This document shows positions 27,073 through 39,404 of a DNA stretch of 64,000 nt, one piece after another (positions within the stretch are counted from its first letter, which is position 1; each line of letters begins with the position of its first letter). The notes under the pieces are model-generated. The model saw only the letters and a program-made list of their open reading frames with translations. It was not told the DNA's origin and did no database searches. The DNA is taken from contig JAWMAR010003093.1 in NCBI GenBank assembly GCA_036785375.1, forward strand, positions 1 through 64,000, in the 5' to 3' direction. Source of the DNA: Leucoraja ocellata (lineage: Eukaryota). Made by a program: the position numbers and the translations under genes.

Positions 27073-29441
27073 ATGAGTTGGAAGCGGCATTTGGAAGTTG
27101 AATATTATTATTATCCAATTCTGGCAGCAATCGGAGTACCTGGTAGGTCAAGGGAACGCAGTAAGTGGGACTGAGACGTGGGATGATGTGTTGATAAAAA
27201 ACATTGTTAAAGGTAAAGTGTAAATAGTGTGCGAAACACGGGAATGCTAGACTGCATTCTTCAGGTTAGGGCGGTATTAACTAGAAAATGTTTGTTTAAG
27301 AAATTACTGCAGCTGCTGGAGATAATCGAATCTAGACAAAAATGCTGGAGAATTAGACAGCGGGTGAAGCGGCATCTAGGAAGCGAAAGAATAGGTGACG
27401 TGTCGGGTCGAGACTGATCAGTCTGAAGAAGGGTCTCGACCCGAAACGTCACCTATTCCTTTGTTAAGCCAATTGATCGTTGGTCGTTCATTGGATCTGG
27501 CACAGGTTAATTCTCTTCAGATTCAGGTTTAGGTGCATTGTTGTCATGTCTCTCCGGGAGCTGCAAAAAGCTATGGTTTGCAAGAAATCAAAATTAGATC
27601 AAATAATATTGAATAACAGTACAAACAATTCAATCTCAGTAACAGGTAGTGTAAAGGGGGAAATCGGAGTGCAGAGCGTAGTTCAAGTTTGGGAGCGCTC
27701 TGCAGCGTATCACATCCACAAAGCCCAATGTCCGCAAGGGGATAGAGGTGAAACGGCAATGCCCTGGCATATGGAAGATCGGCTCAGAAGCCTGAGAACA
27801 GAGGGGAAAGAGCTGTTCTGCAGTCTGGTGGAGCGAGCTTTAAGCCTTCTCCATTTTCTGCCCGACGAGAGCAGGAAGTAGAAGTAATGAGCGGGGTGAA
27901 ACATGTCTCCGTTTCCAAGGGATTGTGAAGTGCGAACGCAGTCAACAGTGCGGAGTCGATTTCGTGATATGGACCCGGCGTCTTCCAGAACCCTGTGCAA
28001 TTTATTCTTTATGGGGCATAGATGGCCGCACAACAAGCTTTGTGCGGCACCGTTGTTGAGCATTATTGTGGAAGGGTGTTACCACTAATTCTCTCGGTTT
28101 ATTCTTTAGGAAGTTGAGTATCCATTCGCAAGCTGGTGCACTGATCGATGGGCTCTGGGGTTTATCAATGGGTTTGGATGGGAGTAGTGTTGAAGGCAAG
28201 TTCTCCAGCGGAGATTGGGAATCCGACTTTCGTCTCCTTGTTGCCCGGCTGTTCCCGGGAAGGGTTTAGGTCCAGGACGACGGCGTCTGATGCGGACATG
28301 TTGCTGCAATATGCAGTCTGCGGTGCATCACGGGTGTCTGGGAGACAGCTCACGCTACCTGCGTAGACCGCTGCTAATTAATCCGCACAGCTCCTTGGCC
28401 AGCACCCAGGTTTGCATGTGGGCAGTTTCTTTCGAACAAATAAGCAAAGCGTAACCCAAGTTTGACCCCCGCCTCCAAATTTGCATCGCGTGTCCATTAC
28501 ATGTAACGAGTTTCCTCTTTTCTACACCACCAGTGAACTTGCTGGCGATTGTGATCCTGTCGCGCAGAAATTGTGGTCTCTCCAAATGCACCACTCGGTA
28601 CCTGGTGGCCATGGCGACTGTGGACCTCACGGTGATCGTCTGCGAAGTGATATTACATCGGATTGCCGACCTTTACTGGGTGAACACATTCCTCTTACAC
28701 AATACTGTGTGCAGGTCCATTATGTTCCTCGCTCCCGCGGCCGTTGCCTGTTCTGTTTGGCTCACGGTCGCTTTCACATTTGATCGCTTTGTGGCCATTT
28801 CCACTCAGAATCTGAGAACCAGATACTGCACCGAGAGAACCGCGCTGGTGGTTTTAGTCACCCTAACTGCGTTCTTCTGTTTACAGAACGTCCCCTGGCC
28901 TTTTGCGTACATTTATTATCTCAGGGATCAGCAGGGTATACAGTGGGGTTGCCAAATACGATATCAGTTTTATAGCCTATCCTCGTGGATAGCATTTTCC
29001 TGGGCTCAACAGCTGCTAGTCCCAGTCATTCCATTTTGTTTGATTATGATGATGAACGTGCTCACAGTCAGACGCATTTTAGTGGCCAGTCGTGTCCGCA
29101 GAAAACTCCGCGATCTCAGTGGTGAGGACCCCGAGATCGCAAACCGTAGACGGTCCGTAATTTTACTCCTTGCAATCTCCAGCAGTTTTATGCTGCTCTG
29201 GGGCACAACTGTAGTATATTTCGTTTTCTATCGAATTACGAATGCATTTATGTTCAGGGGGTTGATGAACCGATTTGCAACATTTGAACAAACTGGAATT
29301 CTGCTACAACTGTTGAACACCTGCACAAACACGCTCATTTACACCGTGACCCAGAGGATGTTCAGAGAGCAGCTGTACCAGGTACTCGTGTACCCCTTCA
29401 CCCTAACTGTAAGTTTAATAAAATCGAGAAACCGAGTGTAA
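27073..29441 (+). CDS. GPR139-like GPCR, copy 2; exon 1 27073-27142, exon 2 28534-29441; ~325 aa
   Basis: Same exon 1 peptide with gt donor at 27143, caccag acceptor ending at 28533, open 7TM frame (ORF 28533..29441). Confidence 0.92.
27423..27450 (+). ncRNA. Minimal hammerhead-ribozyme-like motif (Penelope pLTR-derived) in the GPCR copy 2 intron
   Basis: CUGAAGA-A-GGGUC(UC)GACCC-GAAA-C-GUC. Equivalent motifs at 12505-12532 (core mutated), 41821-41848, 61529-61502 (-) and 5297-5324. Confidence 0.6.
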
Positions 29442-30146
29442 AGTAACATTACATTACTAATCCCACCGTGAGTCAGTGCAGAAACTAGGTAATGAAGGAG
29501 TTTTGTCTCAAAGTTTTCCGCATCAATTTTCAAAAACATAGCTGAGAAATACATTCTGAACGCGTCCCCTGCACTGGAATGTACATTTGGCCATCTATTT
29601 AACATGCAACACGGGCGCGTTGTTCAAAGTGCCCAATGGGAAGGGCGGCCACGTGGAACGAGTGTTATGTTGTACTGGAGCAGACCTCCAATGATTCCGG
29701 AATTGAGCCTCGCCGTTAACTGTCTCCACCCTCCTTTGAATCCAGTGGCAACGTCTCCAGCACGCAATGAAAACAGACATAGAGTTATGGTTCTAAACAT
29801 TGCATGCTCCATTACTGTACAATTCTTTGAGCCGTTCCATGGTTACGTATGTAAATGCCCGGTGCACCAATGTGTTTAATAAAATTCTTGTAGCAACATT
29901 TACGTTAGTGAGAGTTCTATTTTATATTTGTTTCTCGCACTGAATGTAATGCCTCATTGCTTCTTACAGAAGCCTTCGGCTTTCAGTACAATTAGTAATT
30001 CTGCACCAGATGCAGTCAAAGGTAGTGGGTGCCGTTCAAACAAGTTGGCATTACTAACTATATATTTTTTAATGGAAGCAGAGTGTCACAAGCTAGTGTG
30101 CAGTAGAGGGCTGTAAGGTGAGTAAGTACAATTCTTCCTGCAACAT

Positions 30147-30655
30147 TTGAATTCAATTCAGTTCAATTCAACTTTACTGTCATTGCACAGATACAAGTAC
30201 GGGTACAACGAAATGCAGTTTAGCGTCAGTCCGTAGTAAAAGTGCAACATAGAAATAAAAATACAGAATAAGCAAACAATGTGGACGGAGAGACTGGAGA
30301 AATCTATCGGCGGGACTTGGAGTTCAGCAATGTGATAGTGTTGTTGTAGAAGCTGTTCCTCATCCTACTACTACGAGCCCGAGGCTCCTGTACCGCCTCC
30401 CTCATGGGAGGTGGGCAAACAGTCCATGGTTAGGGTGGGAGGGGTCTTTGATGAACTTCCCGGCCCGTCTCAGACACCGTTTTCGGTGCAGGGCATCCAT
30501 GGCAGGGAGCGGGGCACCGATGATGTACTGAGAGGTTTTAACCACCCGTTCTAGTGCCTTCCGGTCCGCTACGGTGCAACTGCTGTACCATACCGTGAAG
30601 CAGGTGGTCAGGATGCTTTCGATGGTACAGCGGTAAACGTTGGTCAGGATTTGTC
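30147..30655 (-). mobile_element. Rex1/L2-type LINE 3' fragment, (TTGAA)n tail
   Basis: Reverse complement gives YRCTIESILTTCFTVWYSSC...RKALERVVK; unique to this copy. Confidence 0.8.
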
Positions 30656-31747
30656 CGACTTTACATTACGTTAATGAGAGTTCCATTTTATATTTGTTTT
30701 TCGCACTGAATGTAATGCCTCGTTGCTTCTTACAGAGCCTTTCGGTTTTCAGTACAATTAGTAATTCAGTACCAGATGCAGCCAAAGGTAGTGAGTGGGT
30801 GTTATTCATACAAGTTGGCATTACTAATTATATTTTTAATGCAAGCAGTGTGTAACAAGCTAGTGTCCAGTAGGGGGCGGTAAAGTGAGTAAGTTCTCCT
30901 GTGTGGTAAGAGATGCTGAATCGATTTGCATTAATGTCCCACCTCCATTGATACAGCGCTGACGCTGGAGCTCTGCCTATTGGAGATTCGAGTGAGTGCT
31001 CACAGTCGGATGTATCTCCTCCTGCAGCGCAAGGAAATGTGAGAAATTAATTAATTTATTTTCTTCACCGATGGCGGCTGAGATTTGTATACCTCCAAAT
31101 TTGAGTTGAGTACTCTCTTTCCAAATCCTCCGCTCCCGACGCGGTAATGATTACATTTTTACATATTCAGATTGACATTTTCCCTCTCGAGGCCGAAAAT
31201 ACCTTCGCTGAACATGTTATGCTTTATTTCTCGACATTACTGATTAAAGTTTAAAACAAAATCAAAAGCCTGAATTGAAAACGACTATCTTCAACTGATG
31301 ACGTCACAATGGCTCGGCTAGCAGTGATCAGCTTCACTTACGTTCGGGAACGGCTTGAGTTGGGGGACCACACCTCCTGTGGGGGCTACGGGTAGGGAAC
31401 GGGTGCGTTGGAGGATCAGACCCTATCGCAGCCTCTCATAACTTTACATACCTCAACCAGATCTTCCTGCAATCTCCGACATTCCAGAGGGAAAGAATCC
31501 AAATATGACCAATCTCTCCCTGCACCGCTAATCCAGCCACCACTCCGGTAAATGAGCAACAGCGACTCTAAAACACGGTGTACTTAGTAAATGTGTCCAT
31601 CTTGCTGCATTGGCAAAGACATTCACTAATGGCTTTGCTACTGGTCACCAATTAGTACAGCGTGCTAGTTTATTTAGTTTATATTAGTTCTTGATCTGCG
31701 TGCATAGGGTAGACTGTCAGAACTTTGATTTTCCCAACGGTCGGTTC

Positions 31748-32965
31748 TAACCTGGATGGCTGGACTGGCATATGTTGAAAGAATGGAGCGACTGAGCTTG
31801 TATACACTGGAGTTTAGAAGGATGAGAGGGCATCTTATTGAAACATATAATGTTATTGAGTGTTTGGACACGATAGAGGCAGGAAAATAGTTCCCGATGT
31901 TGGGGGAGTCCAGAACCAGGGCCACTGTTTAAGAATAAGCGGTAAGCCATTTAACCATATAAGCATATAACAATTACAGCACGGAAACAGGCCATCTCGA
32001 CCCGTCTAGTCCGTGCCGAACACGTATGCTCCCCTAGTCCCATATACCTGCGTTCAGACCATAACCCTCCATTCCTTTCCCGTCCCTATAACTATACAAT
32101 TTATTTTTAAATGATAAAAACGAACCTGCCTCCACCACCTTCACTGGAAGCTCATTCCACACTGCCACCACTCTCTGAGTAAAGAAGTTCCCCTTCATGT
32201 TACCCCTAAACTTCTGTCCCTTAATTCTCAAGTCATGTCCTCTTGTTTGAATCTTCCCTACTCTCAGTGGAAAAAGCTTATCCACGTCAACTCTGTCTAT
32301 CCCTCTCATCATTTTAAAGACCTCTATCAAGACCCCTCTTAACCTTCTGCGCTCCAAAGAATAAAGCCCTAAATTGTTCAACCTTTCTCTGTAACTTAGT
32401 TGCTGAAACGCAGACAACATTCTAGTAAATCTCCTATGTACTCCCTCTATTTTGTTGACATCCTTCTTATAATTAGGCGACCAAAATTGTACCCCATACT
32501 CCAGAATTGGCCTCACCAATGCCTTGTACAATTTTAACATTACATCCCAACTTCTATACGCAATGCTCTGATTTCTAAAGGCCAGCACACCAAAAGCTTT
32601 CTTTACCACCCTATCTACATGAGATTCCACTTTCAGGAAACTGTGCACAGTTATTCCCTGATCCCTCTGTTCACCTGCATTCTTCAATTCCCTACCATTT
32701 ACCTTGTACGTCCTATTTAGATGTAGATGCGGAAACAAATATTCACACCGTGTGGTGAGTATGTGGTATTCTGTGCCTCAGGGTGTCGGTTCTCTGTATA
32801 CTGTCAAGAGAGAGCTGGAGAGGGCTCTTAAAAATATCGGAGTCAGCGGATATGAGGAGAATGCAGGAACGGGGTACTGATTGGGGATGATCAGCCATGA
32901 TCACATTGAATGGCGGTGTTGGCTCGAAGGGCCGAATGGACTACTGCTGCACATATTGTCTATTC
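31748..32965. mobile_element. CR1 3' end (+) interrupted by a CR1 3' fragment (-, ~31953-32720)
   Basis: ORF 32034..32738 LYKALVRPILEYGVQFWSP...; paralog at ~45490-46710. Confidence 0.85.
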
Positions 32966-33276
32966 AAAGGAAGCTAATCAGCTTTTTTCCATCTCCGTCC
33001 TGTCTGCAGTATCATCTCTCTCTGCTTCCAGACCCATAAACTAATTTATTGCACAAACACATGTGTTACTTTTTAAGCTAGGGGGGCTCGACTGTGGCAA
33101 GTAAATTAACAGGCACAATCCTCGGCAACGTGCAGGATCGTTTCGTTGAACACCTCCGCTCAATTCGCCTCCAACGTGTCCAATCCCTTAATAATCTCTT
33201 ATGTTTCAAAAATATCTCCTCTCATCCTACTAAATTCCAGTGTATACAAGCCCAGCCGCTCCATTATATTCACATA

Positions 33277-34215
33277 TTCAGATTCAGATTCAAATTCAGA
33301 TTCAGATTCAACTTTAATTGTCATTGTCAGTGTACAGTACAGAGGCAACGAAATGCAGTTAGCATCTCCCTGGAAGAGCAACATAGAATACGATTCCAAT
33401 AAATAAATCTATCTACATGCATATAGTCATAGTGTTTTTCCTGTGGGAGGAGTGTCCGGGCGGGTGGAAGGGGTGGGGGTGACCGAGGTACATTGTTGAG
33501 TAGTGTGGCAGCCGCAGTGAAGAAGCTGTTCCTGGACCTGCTTTTCCGGCAAAGGAGAGACCTGTAGCGCATCCCGGATGGTATGTGGGTAAACAGTCCA
33601 TGGTTGCGGTGAGAGCAGTCCTTGGTTATGCTGAGCGCCCTTCGCAGACAACGCTTGCTTTGGACAGACTCAATGGAGGGGAGTGAGGAACCGGTGATGC
33701 GTTGGGCAATTTTCACCACCCTCTGCAGTGCTTTCCGGTCGGAGACAGAGCAGTTGACAAACCATACTGTGATACAGTTGGTAAGGATGCTCTCGATGGT
33801 GCAGCGGTAGAAGTTCACCAGAATCTGAGGAGACAGGTGGACCTTCATCAGTCTCCTCAGGAAGAAGAGGCGCTGGTGAGCCCTCTTGACCAGAGTTGAG
33901 ATATTGTGGGTCCAAGAGAGGTCATCGGAGATGTTGACCCCCAGGAACCTGAAGCTGGAAACACGTTCCACCTCCGTCCCGTTGATGTGGATGGGTGTGC
34001 GTGCCGCCCCTAGACTTCCTGAAATCTACAATGAGCTCCTTGGTCTTCTTGGCGTTAAGTACCCAGGTTGTTGTCACCGCACCATGCTGCTAGGAGCTGG
34101 ACCTCCTCCCTATAGGCCGACTCATCGTTGTTGCTGATGAGGCCAATCACCGTTGTATCATCTGCATACTTTATGATGGTGTTAGTGCCATGTACAGGTG
34201 TGCAGTCGTAGGTGA
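33277..34215 (-). mobile_element. Rex1/Babar-type LINE 3' part
   Basis: ORF 33327..33971 (FRFLGVNISDDLSWTHN...RAHQRLFFLRRL), IIKYADDTTVIG upstream, (GAATCT)n tail. Confidence 0.88.
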
Positions 34216-34926
34216 ATCTGAATGTGAATCTGAATCAGAATGAACATATTTGCTCCTATACTCAATTCCACTTGTTATGAAGGCCAACGTGCAATTAGCT
34301 TTCTTCACTGCCTGCTGTACCTGCATGATTACTTTCAGCGAGTGATGTACAAGGACCCCAATTGATACCCATCACCTTCTCAAGAGCAAATGTTTCCTTC
34401 CCGTTCCAGTTAAATATTTCCCCTCTAGCCATAAAACCTAGTTCCTCTGGTTCTTGATTCTCCAACTCTGGGTAAAGTACAAGATACAAGATACATTTAT
34501 TTGTCACATGTACCAGTTGGTACAGTGAAATGTGTGGTCACCATATAACCATACAATAAAATAAAGAACACAACATACGATAGAGTCCAACATAAAACAT
34601 CCCCACACAGCATAATCAAAGTTTCCCACTGAGATTCACGTGTGATTCACGTTGTCCAATCGATAATGATTTCATACACTCAGCCTCCTCCGCCCAAGGA
34701 ATATAGGCTCAAGATATCAAATATCCGTCGTGGACACAGGCCCTTCTTCCTACATAATCTGCGCTCACCCCATCCAGTGGCACTATACTACAAGCTGGAG
34801 ACAAGTTACAATTTACAGATATTTAAAAATACGCATTTCGAGTCTGGGAAGAATCCGGAACAACCGGAGAAAACCCAGGCAGTCATCAGAATATGAATCG
34901 GAATCAGAATGCGGTTTATTGTCATT

Positions 34927-35088
34927 ATTTATTTAGCGAATGCAAAGTCCTTTAGCCAAGCAGTTGCCTCTTGATCTGCTGTATGAAGGGTGACAAGTCC
35001 TCCTTTGAGTCTTTGTTGAGGACATGCTTCAATGATGTGTTGCATTGTTTGCTGCTCACCACATGCACACCGTGAGGTTGGACTGCCA
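34927..35088 (-). mobile_element. Ingi/Vingi-like LINE 3' fragment
   Basis: Minus strand reads SRCACGEQQTMQHIIEACPQQRLKGGLVTLHTADQEATAWLKDFAFAK*, a terminal CCHC finger. Paralog at ~48650-48800; absent from the inverted copy. Confidence 0.6.
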
Positions 35089-35089
35089 T

Positions 35090-35882
35090 TTAAACATAGG
35101 TTCAAACGAAATTACGTTCCTGCAGTCATAACAACAACAACAAAAAACACAATTATCTCAATTGCACACAAACATCCATCACAGTGAATCTCCAAACAAC
35201 TCCTCACTGTGATGGGAGGCAAAAGTATTATCTCTTCCTTTCTCTGTTCTTCATTCTTCTTCCGCAGTCTGGCAGTCAAATTGTTGCATCGAGCTGATCG
35301 AGGCTTTTGATGTTGGAGCCCCCGGGGGGCGATGGTAAAGCCCGCGCCGCGTCGGGCGATAGAGAGTCCTGCTACGGGTCGATTTAAACCCCTCGATTCG
35401 AGCGGGAGATGTTGCCGTTGCGCAAGCTCCGAAAAGCGGTCTCCCACCAGGGACGTGCGAGCTCCCGATGTTACCGTCCACAGGGTCTGCGGCCGGAGCC
35501 TCAGCCGCCCCGAAGTCGGGTCGCAGCCGCGCGTCGCCACAGCGCTCCGCGCTCCGCGCTTGGCCCGCTCCGCGATGGTGAGTCCGCAGGGTGTGCGACT
35601 GGAGCCCCAGGTCGATTCCGATTGGACCCCGCCGGCTGCACGATGTTTGTCCCCAACGACAACGGAGACTCGACAGGGAAAATGTCGAGTTCGAGTCCCC
35701 GTACAGGGAAGAGATTTAAAAGCCCCCCCCCCCCCCCCCCCCCCACCCACACACACCTCCCCCCGCAAACGACCTCCCTCCACACACACAAACACAGATA
35801 ATAAACCAAAACATACAACTAACAAGTCAAAAAGAAATAAAAGACAGACCGTAGGGGCCTCTGCCGCGAGGCGCCGCCATTT
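35090..35882 (-). mobile_element. GC-rich non-coding interspersed repeat (starts aaaatggcggcgcc), family not identified
   Basis: Three copies (also ~48802-49556 - and ~54926-55700 +). Ends in aatgacaataaa plus an (ATTCTG)n LINE-type tail. Sits inside a split V-SINE. Confidence 0.6.
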
Positions 35883-36944
35883 TGTCCAAACGGGAGAATT
35901 TACTAAATCGTTACTGTCAGCACCGTACTCAGGATCTAAACGGGTCTCTGACAGTGTAATGCCCCTGTCCCACTTAGGAATTAGTTTACCTTCCGGTGGG
36001 TCTTCAGTGTAAGGGAGCAACACTCCAGCTACGACACTATGCCGCCTAATTTATTCCTACACTGCTCAAACTATCTTTTTTGCTAAGTCCCTCGAGGGAG
36101 TACAGTAGAGCTATGATCTAGTGAAGGTGTTGTCATGTTGCTGTTGTGGAGGAATTCCCAGACTATAGCGATGCAGAGAAGTAATTCAGTACCGGCTCAT
36201 GGAGCAAAAACAGTAATTACTGCATTAAGGTATTTGCACATTTGTGCAGTCACCCATTGGAAAAGGCGCCAGGCGTATTCAAAGTGTTTAATTTTACTTA
36301 CCTCACGGGCATATCCATCAGGGTATTTATTTTAGCAGTTGCTGTAGCTATGCATCTGGTGTCTAGTGATATATCCAGCGACACAGATCTGGATTACTCA
36401 GCAAGGCCCAATGGTGAACTACCCATCTGCATTACTGATAATCCGCCATTTGTGTTAAATAATTTGGTTTATTGACTTCCTATTCTTCCCGCGTCCCGGA
36501 CGATTTTTCTGCAAAAAGTGAAGGCCAATGACCACCTGAAATTAGAAAGTCTGTCAGGGTGTTGGTGAAGTGGAATTGGTTAACGTAATTGTGACAATTC
36601 CGGGCCAGCCAATCCTCCATCCAGTGACACCATAGTTTTTCTGATTAAAACAGAAAATTCTGCAGTTATTAACCAGGTTCTCCAGGACTGAGAGAGAATG
36701 AAACAGAACACACGTTTCAGATCTCTGGTCACATGTTCTATCCCGCTGTCATAAGAGCTCTTGTAATTCTCTGCAGCAAGTGGCCAATGTTATGGAAACG
36801 GATTCCGGAGAAGCAGCTCGCAGTTGGAAACAATAAAACCACCAGGACACCTGCACACAATGAAAGCAAACCGACAACTGAGAGAGAACAGGAAAGCAGG
36901 CACATCCAACCGCATCAGCGGAGCAGAGAGCAAGACAAAGGCGA

Positions 36945-36982
36945 TGTTTTTGTAAGGGGCTTAACTTGTTTCCATCACTGTG
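36945..36982 (-). promoter_or_regulatory. Recombination signal sequence of V1 (23-type, 22-nt spacer)
   Basis: CACAGTG (36982-36976), spacer ATGGAAACAAGTTAAGCCCCTT, nonamer ACAAAAACA (36953-36945; consensus ACAAAAACC). Confidence 0.93.
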
Positions 36983-37453
36983 CGCCCCAGTGCGCAGTAA
37001 TAGACTGCAGAGTCGCTGAGATCCAGCCCTGAGATACTCAAGCTGGTGAACTTAGTCGCGGTATTGAGCTCAATAGAGAAACGAGTATCAGCGTATTGGG
37101 CCTTATCTTCATTGTTGCTGGTGTCTCTCCTCATAGTAAACTCGGGCTGCATGCCTGGATATTGTCGGTACCAGAATAAAGCATATCCAGTCAATGTGGT
37201 ATCATAGTTACAGGTTAAAGTCACCGCTTCTCCTTTTGTCTTCGTCGCCGTGGGCAGTGGCTGTGTGACAGATTCTCCGTGAATCGTGACTGTAAAATAA
37301 ATATATTGAGATAGTAACAAACACCGGAGTGCCATGAGATTGCACTTCTCAAGCCAAGATCTCACTGAGGAGGGCGAGGGGAACTGAAAATATTGATCCA
37401 GAATTACCTGTCAGAAACGCTCCCCACACCACACAGATGCCGAGGAAACGCAT
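36983..37453 (-). CDS. T-cell receptor alpha/delta-type V segment V1; leader exon 37453-37408, V exon 37289-36983
   Basis: Leader MRFLGICVVWGAFLT+G then gtaatt, 118-nt intron, ttttacag acceptor. V exon VTIHG-ESVTQP...VTLTCNY...LFWYRQYPG...RFS...SLSISGLDLSDSAVYYCALG has the conserved Cys, Trp and YYC. It ends directly at an RSS heptamer. Confidence 0.93.
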
Positions 37454-38797
37454 TTTCCTCGTTCACTATGTACTTGCAGAGTTCGAAACTTGAAGAGACA
37501 AAAACTGGATCGTTTTCTCAGTCAAAGGGCGTCTGCTGGTCTCCGGATGTTCGCTGTCACTGCCCTGTGTCCCCAGTGATGGAGTCAGAGATGTGGGTGG
37601 GCAACGGGGTCTCAGCCTATTGAAATACACGTAGAGGGAATCCAGCTCCCCCCCCCCCCCCCCCCCCCCCGAGAGTAGTCGCATCCACTTGAACAAACCT
37701 TGATTGAGGAAGGCATATTTGTTCTTGGAAACCGGTAGTGAAGGTGCGAAGCCTGAGATTGTTAAGCGAAACAATAATAAGGTGCATATTCACAAATGGA
37801 ATAGATCGGGTAAACTCACAGAGTCTCTTGGCCGGATTGGGGGATCGACAAACAGAGAACATAGATTGAAGTTGAGTGGGGAGGAAGATTTAATAGAGAC
37901 CAGAAGGGTAACTTTTTCATACAAAGGGGGCTTGACGCATGGAACGCGCTGGCGGAGGTAGTAGTTAAGGCAGGTAAAATAGCAAAGTTTAAAAAGAACA
38001 TTGACATGTACATGAATAGAACTGATTTTGAGGGATATGGGCGAAACGCTTGCGGGTAGGACTGGTGTGGATGAAACATGTTGGCCGGTGTTGGCATGCT
38101 GGGCCGAAGGGTATGTTTCAACGCTGTAAGACTCTATGATGCCTTGATTCTAAAACAAAAACACCACAGTATTATCGGCATCCGTCCAAAGGCGACAGGC
38201 AGTGGTCAGATCTACAGTCGATTCGGCCGTGTCGAGAAAATGGGAGTTATTACGATATTTTGGCGTTTTCATTGAGAAATGCACGTGTTTCTATATGAAG
38301 TAAATTACAAGCAAAGCCGGAAGAATGTGCAAGGAGCCACTTTCAATCAGTTTTCAGTTCCACTCCCCTCCATCTGCCATGTTTTGACCAATGAAATTAT
38401 TTCCTGAGGACCTCATCCCATCGAGTCCACGCCAACCATCGATGACCCGATCACTTTCGTTCCATGTTATTCCACTTTTCCATCTATTCCTTACACATTG
38501 GTGCATGTTTACAGAGGCCAATTCACCTAAAATAACCACACGTATTTTGGATACGGGAGGAAATCAGAGCACCTGGACGATACCGACACGGTCACAGCGA
38601 GACGGGAAAACTCCACTCAGACATTACCCGAGGACAGGATTGATCCCGGATCTCTGAAGCTTTGAGGCAGCAGCTGCGCCACTGAACCGACAAAATGTGT
38701 GATTTGTTTTTATAAAGATTGCAGCTGGGTGATTGTTGAACTTTAACCACAGCTAGCCGGCAAAATAGGTTTGGAATTTCCATGAGTTTCAGCATTA

Positions 38798-38869
38798 TAT
38801 CGAGTGGTCTAGTGATCTGCATTCTGCGCACCGACCGCTGCTGCCTGGATTCGGTTCGTGGTCAGGGAG
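38798..38869 (+). pseudogene. Decayed tRNA-Glu-derived sequence
   Basis: Aligns without gaps over 72 nt to the vertebrate tRNA-Glu(CTC) sequence as I recall it (52/72 identical; GTGGTCTAGTG...ACCGC...GGTCAGGGA). Acceptor stem, anticodon and B-box are damaged. Confidence 0.7.
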
Positions 38870-39404
38870 TAGGGCGGTTTATTTCTGCTTCCAGTGGAAA
38901 CATTATTAGACCGCGCATCGTTCAGTCTGTGTAGTTTCAGCGTCGCCTCCACCACTTGAACAGTTAGCAGCTGATTAACATTAAAATGATGCACTTATGC
39001 AAAATACACAAACATTAATGCTACCAACGGCTAACAATGCCATAATCCCGACAGGATCAGGCGGCCAGGGCTTTCAGATACAAATTAATATTGAGATTCA
39101 CATTCAAAATATATCTCCAAAATCGAAGAAAATATATGCCAACAATGGCCCACAAATCATCTTTTCGAATATGCTAACTATACAACGTGTCATGTAAACT
39201 ACATGTAACACTTGCTCGCGGAATGGCGTGGATATCAGGGTAGTTGGGGAGGAGCAGCCATACATTGAGAAATCGTAACATTTGGCTGGGTCTTTACATG
39301 GAAATGGTTCCGCCTTCACAGACCTCGACTATGGGAAAAACAACTGCGATTATTGTGAATTGTGGAATTATAGTACGTCACGTTTTTGAATTTCAAAATA
39401 TACT

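Larger units (their letters stand above)
16129..30041. repeat. Segmental duplication unit A2 (paralog of 1-15120)
   Basis: 16129 corresponds to window position 1. Paired near-identical ORFs, e.g. 6320/21882, 7745/23375, 12311/27229. Confidence 0.9.

Noticed and set aside
35176-35216. CACAGTG...CACTGTG heptamer pair resembling RSSs
   Set aside because: No nonamer at 12 or 23 nt. The pair forms the arms of a stem-loop (ccatcacagtga/tcactgtgatgg) inside an interspersed repeat.
35112-36023. 303-aa and 226-aa ORFs (also 48769..49494)
   Set aside because: They lie in a GC-rich repeat, are low complexity, and frames are not preserved between paralogs.
36290-36460. Strong minus-strand donor (GAG/gtaagt) downstream of V1, candidate J segment
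   Set aside because: No FGxG motif and no upstream 12-RSS. I found no D, J or C segment anywhere in the window by eye.
37552-37561. AGTGACAGCG ~100 nt upstream of the V leader, resembling the TCR V promoter CRE decamer
   Set aside because: Only a half-site match, and conservation in V2 is explained by recent duplication.
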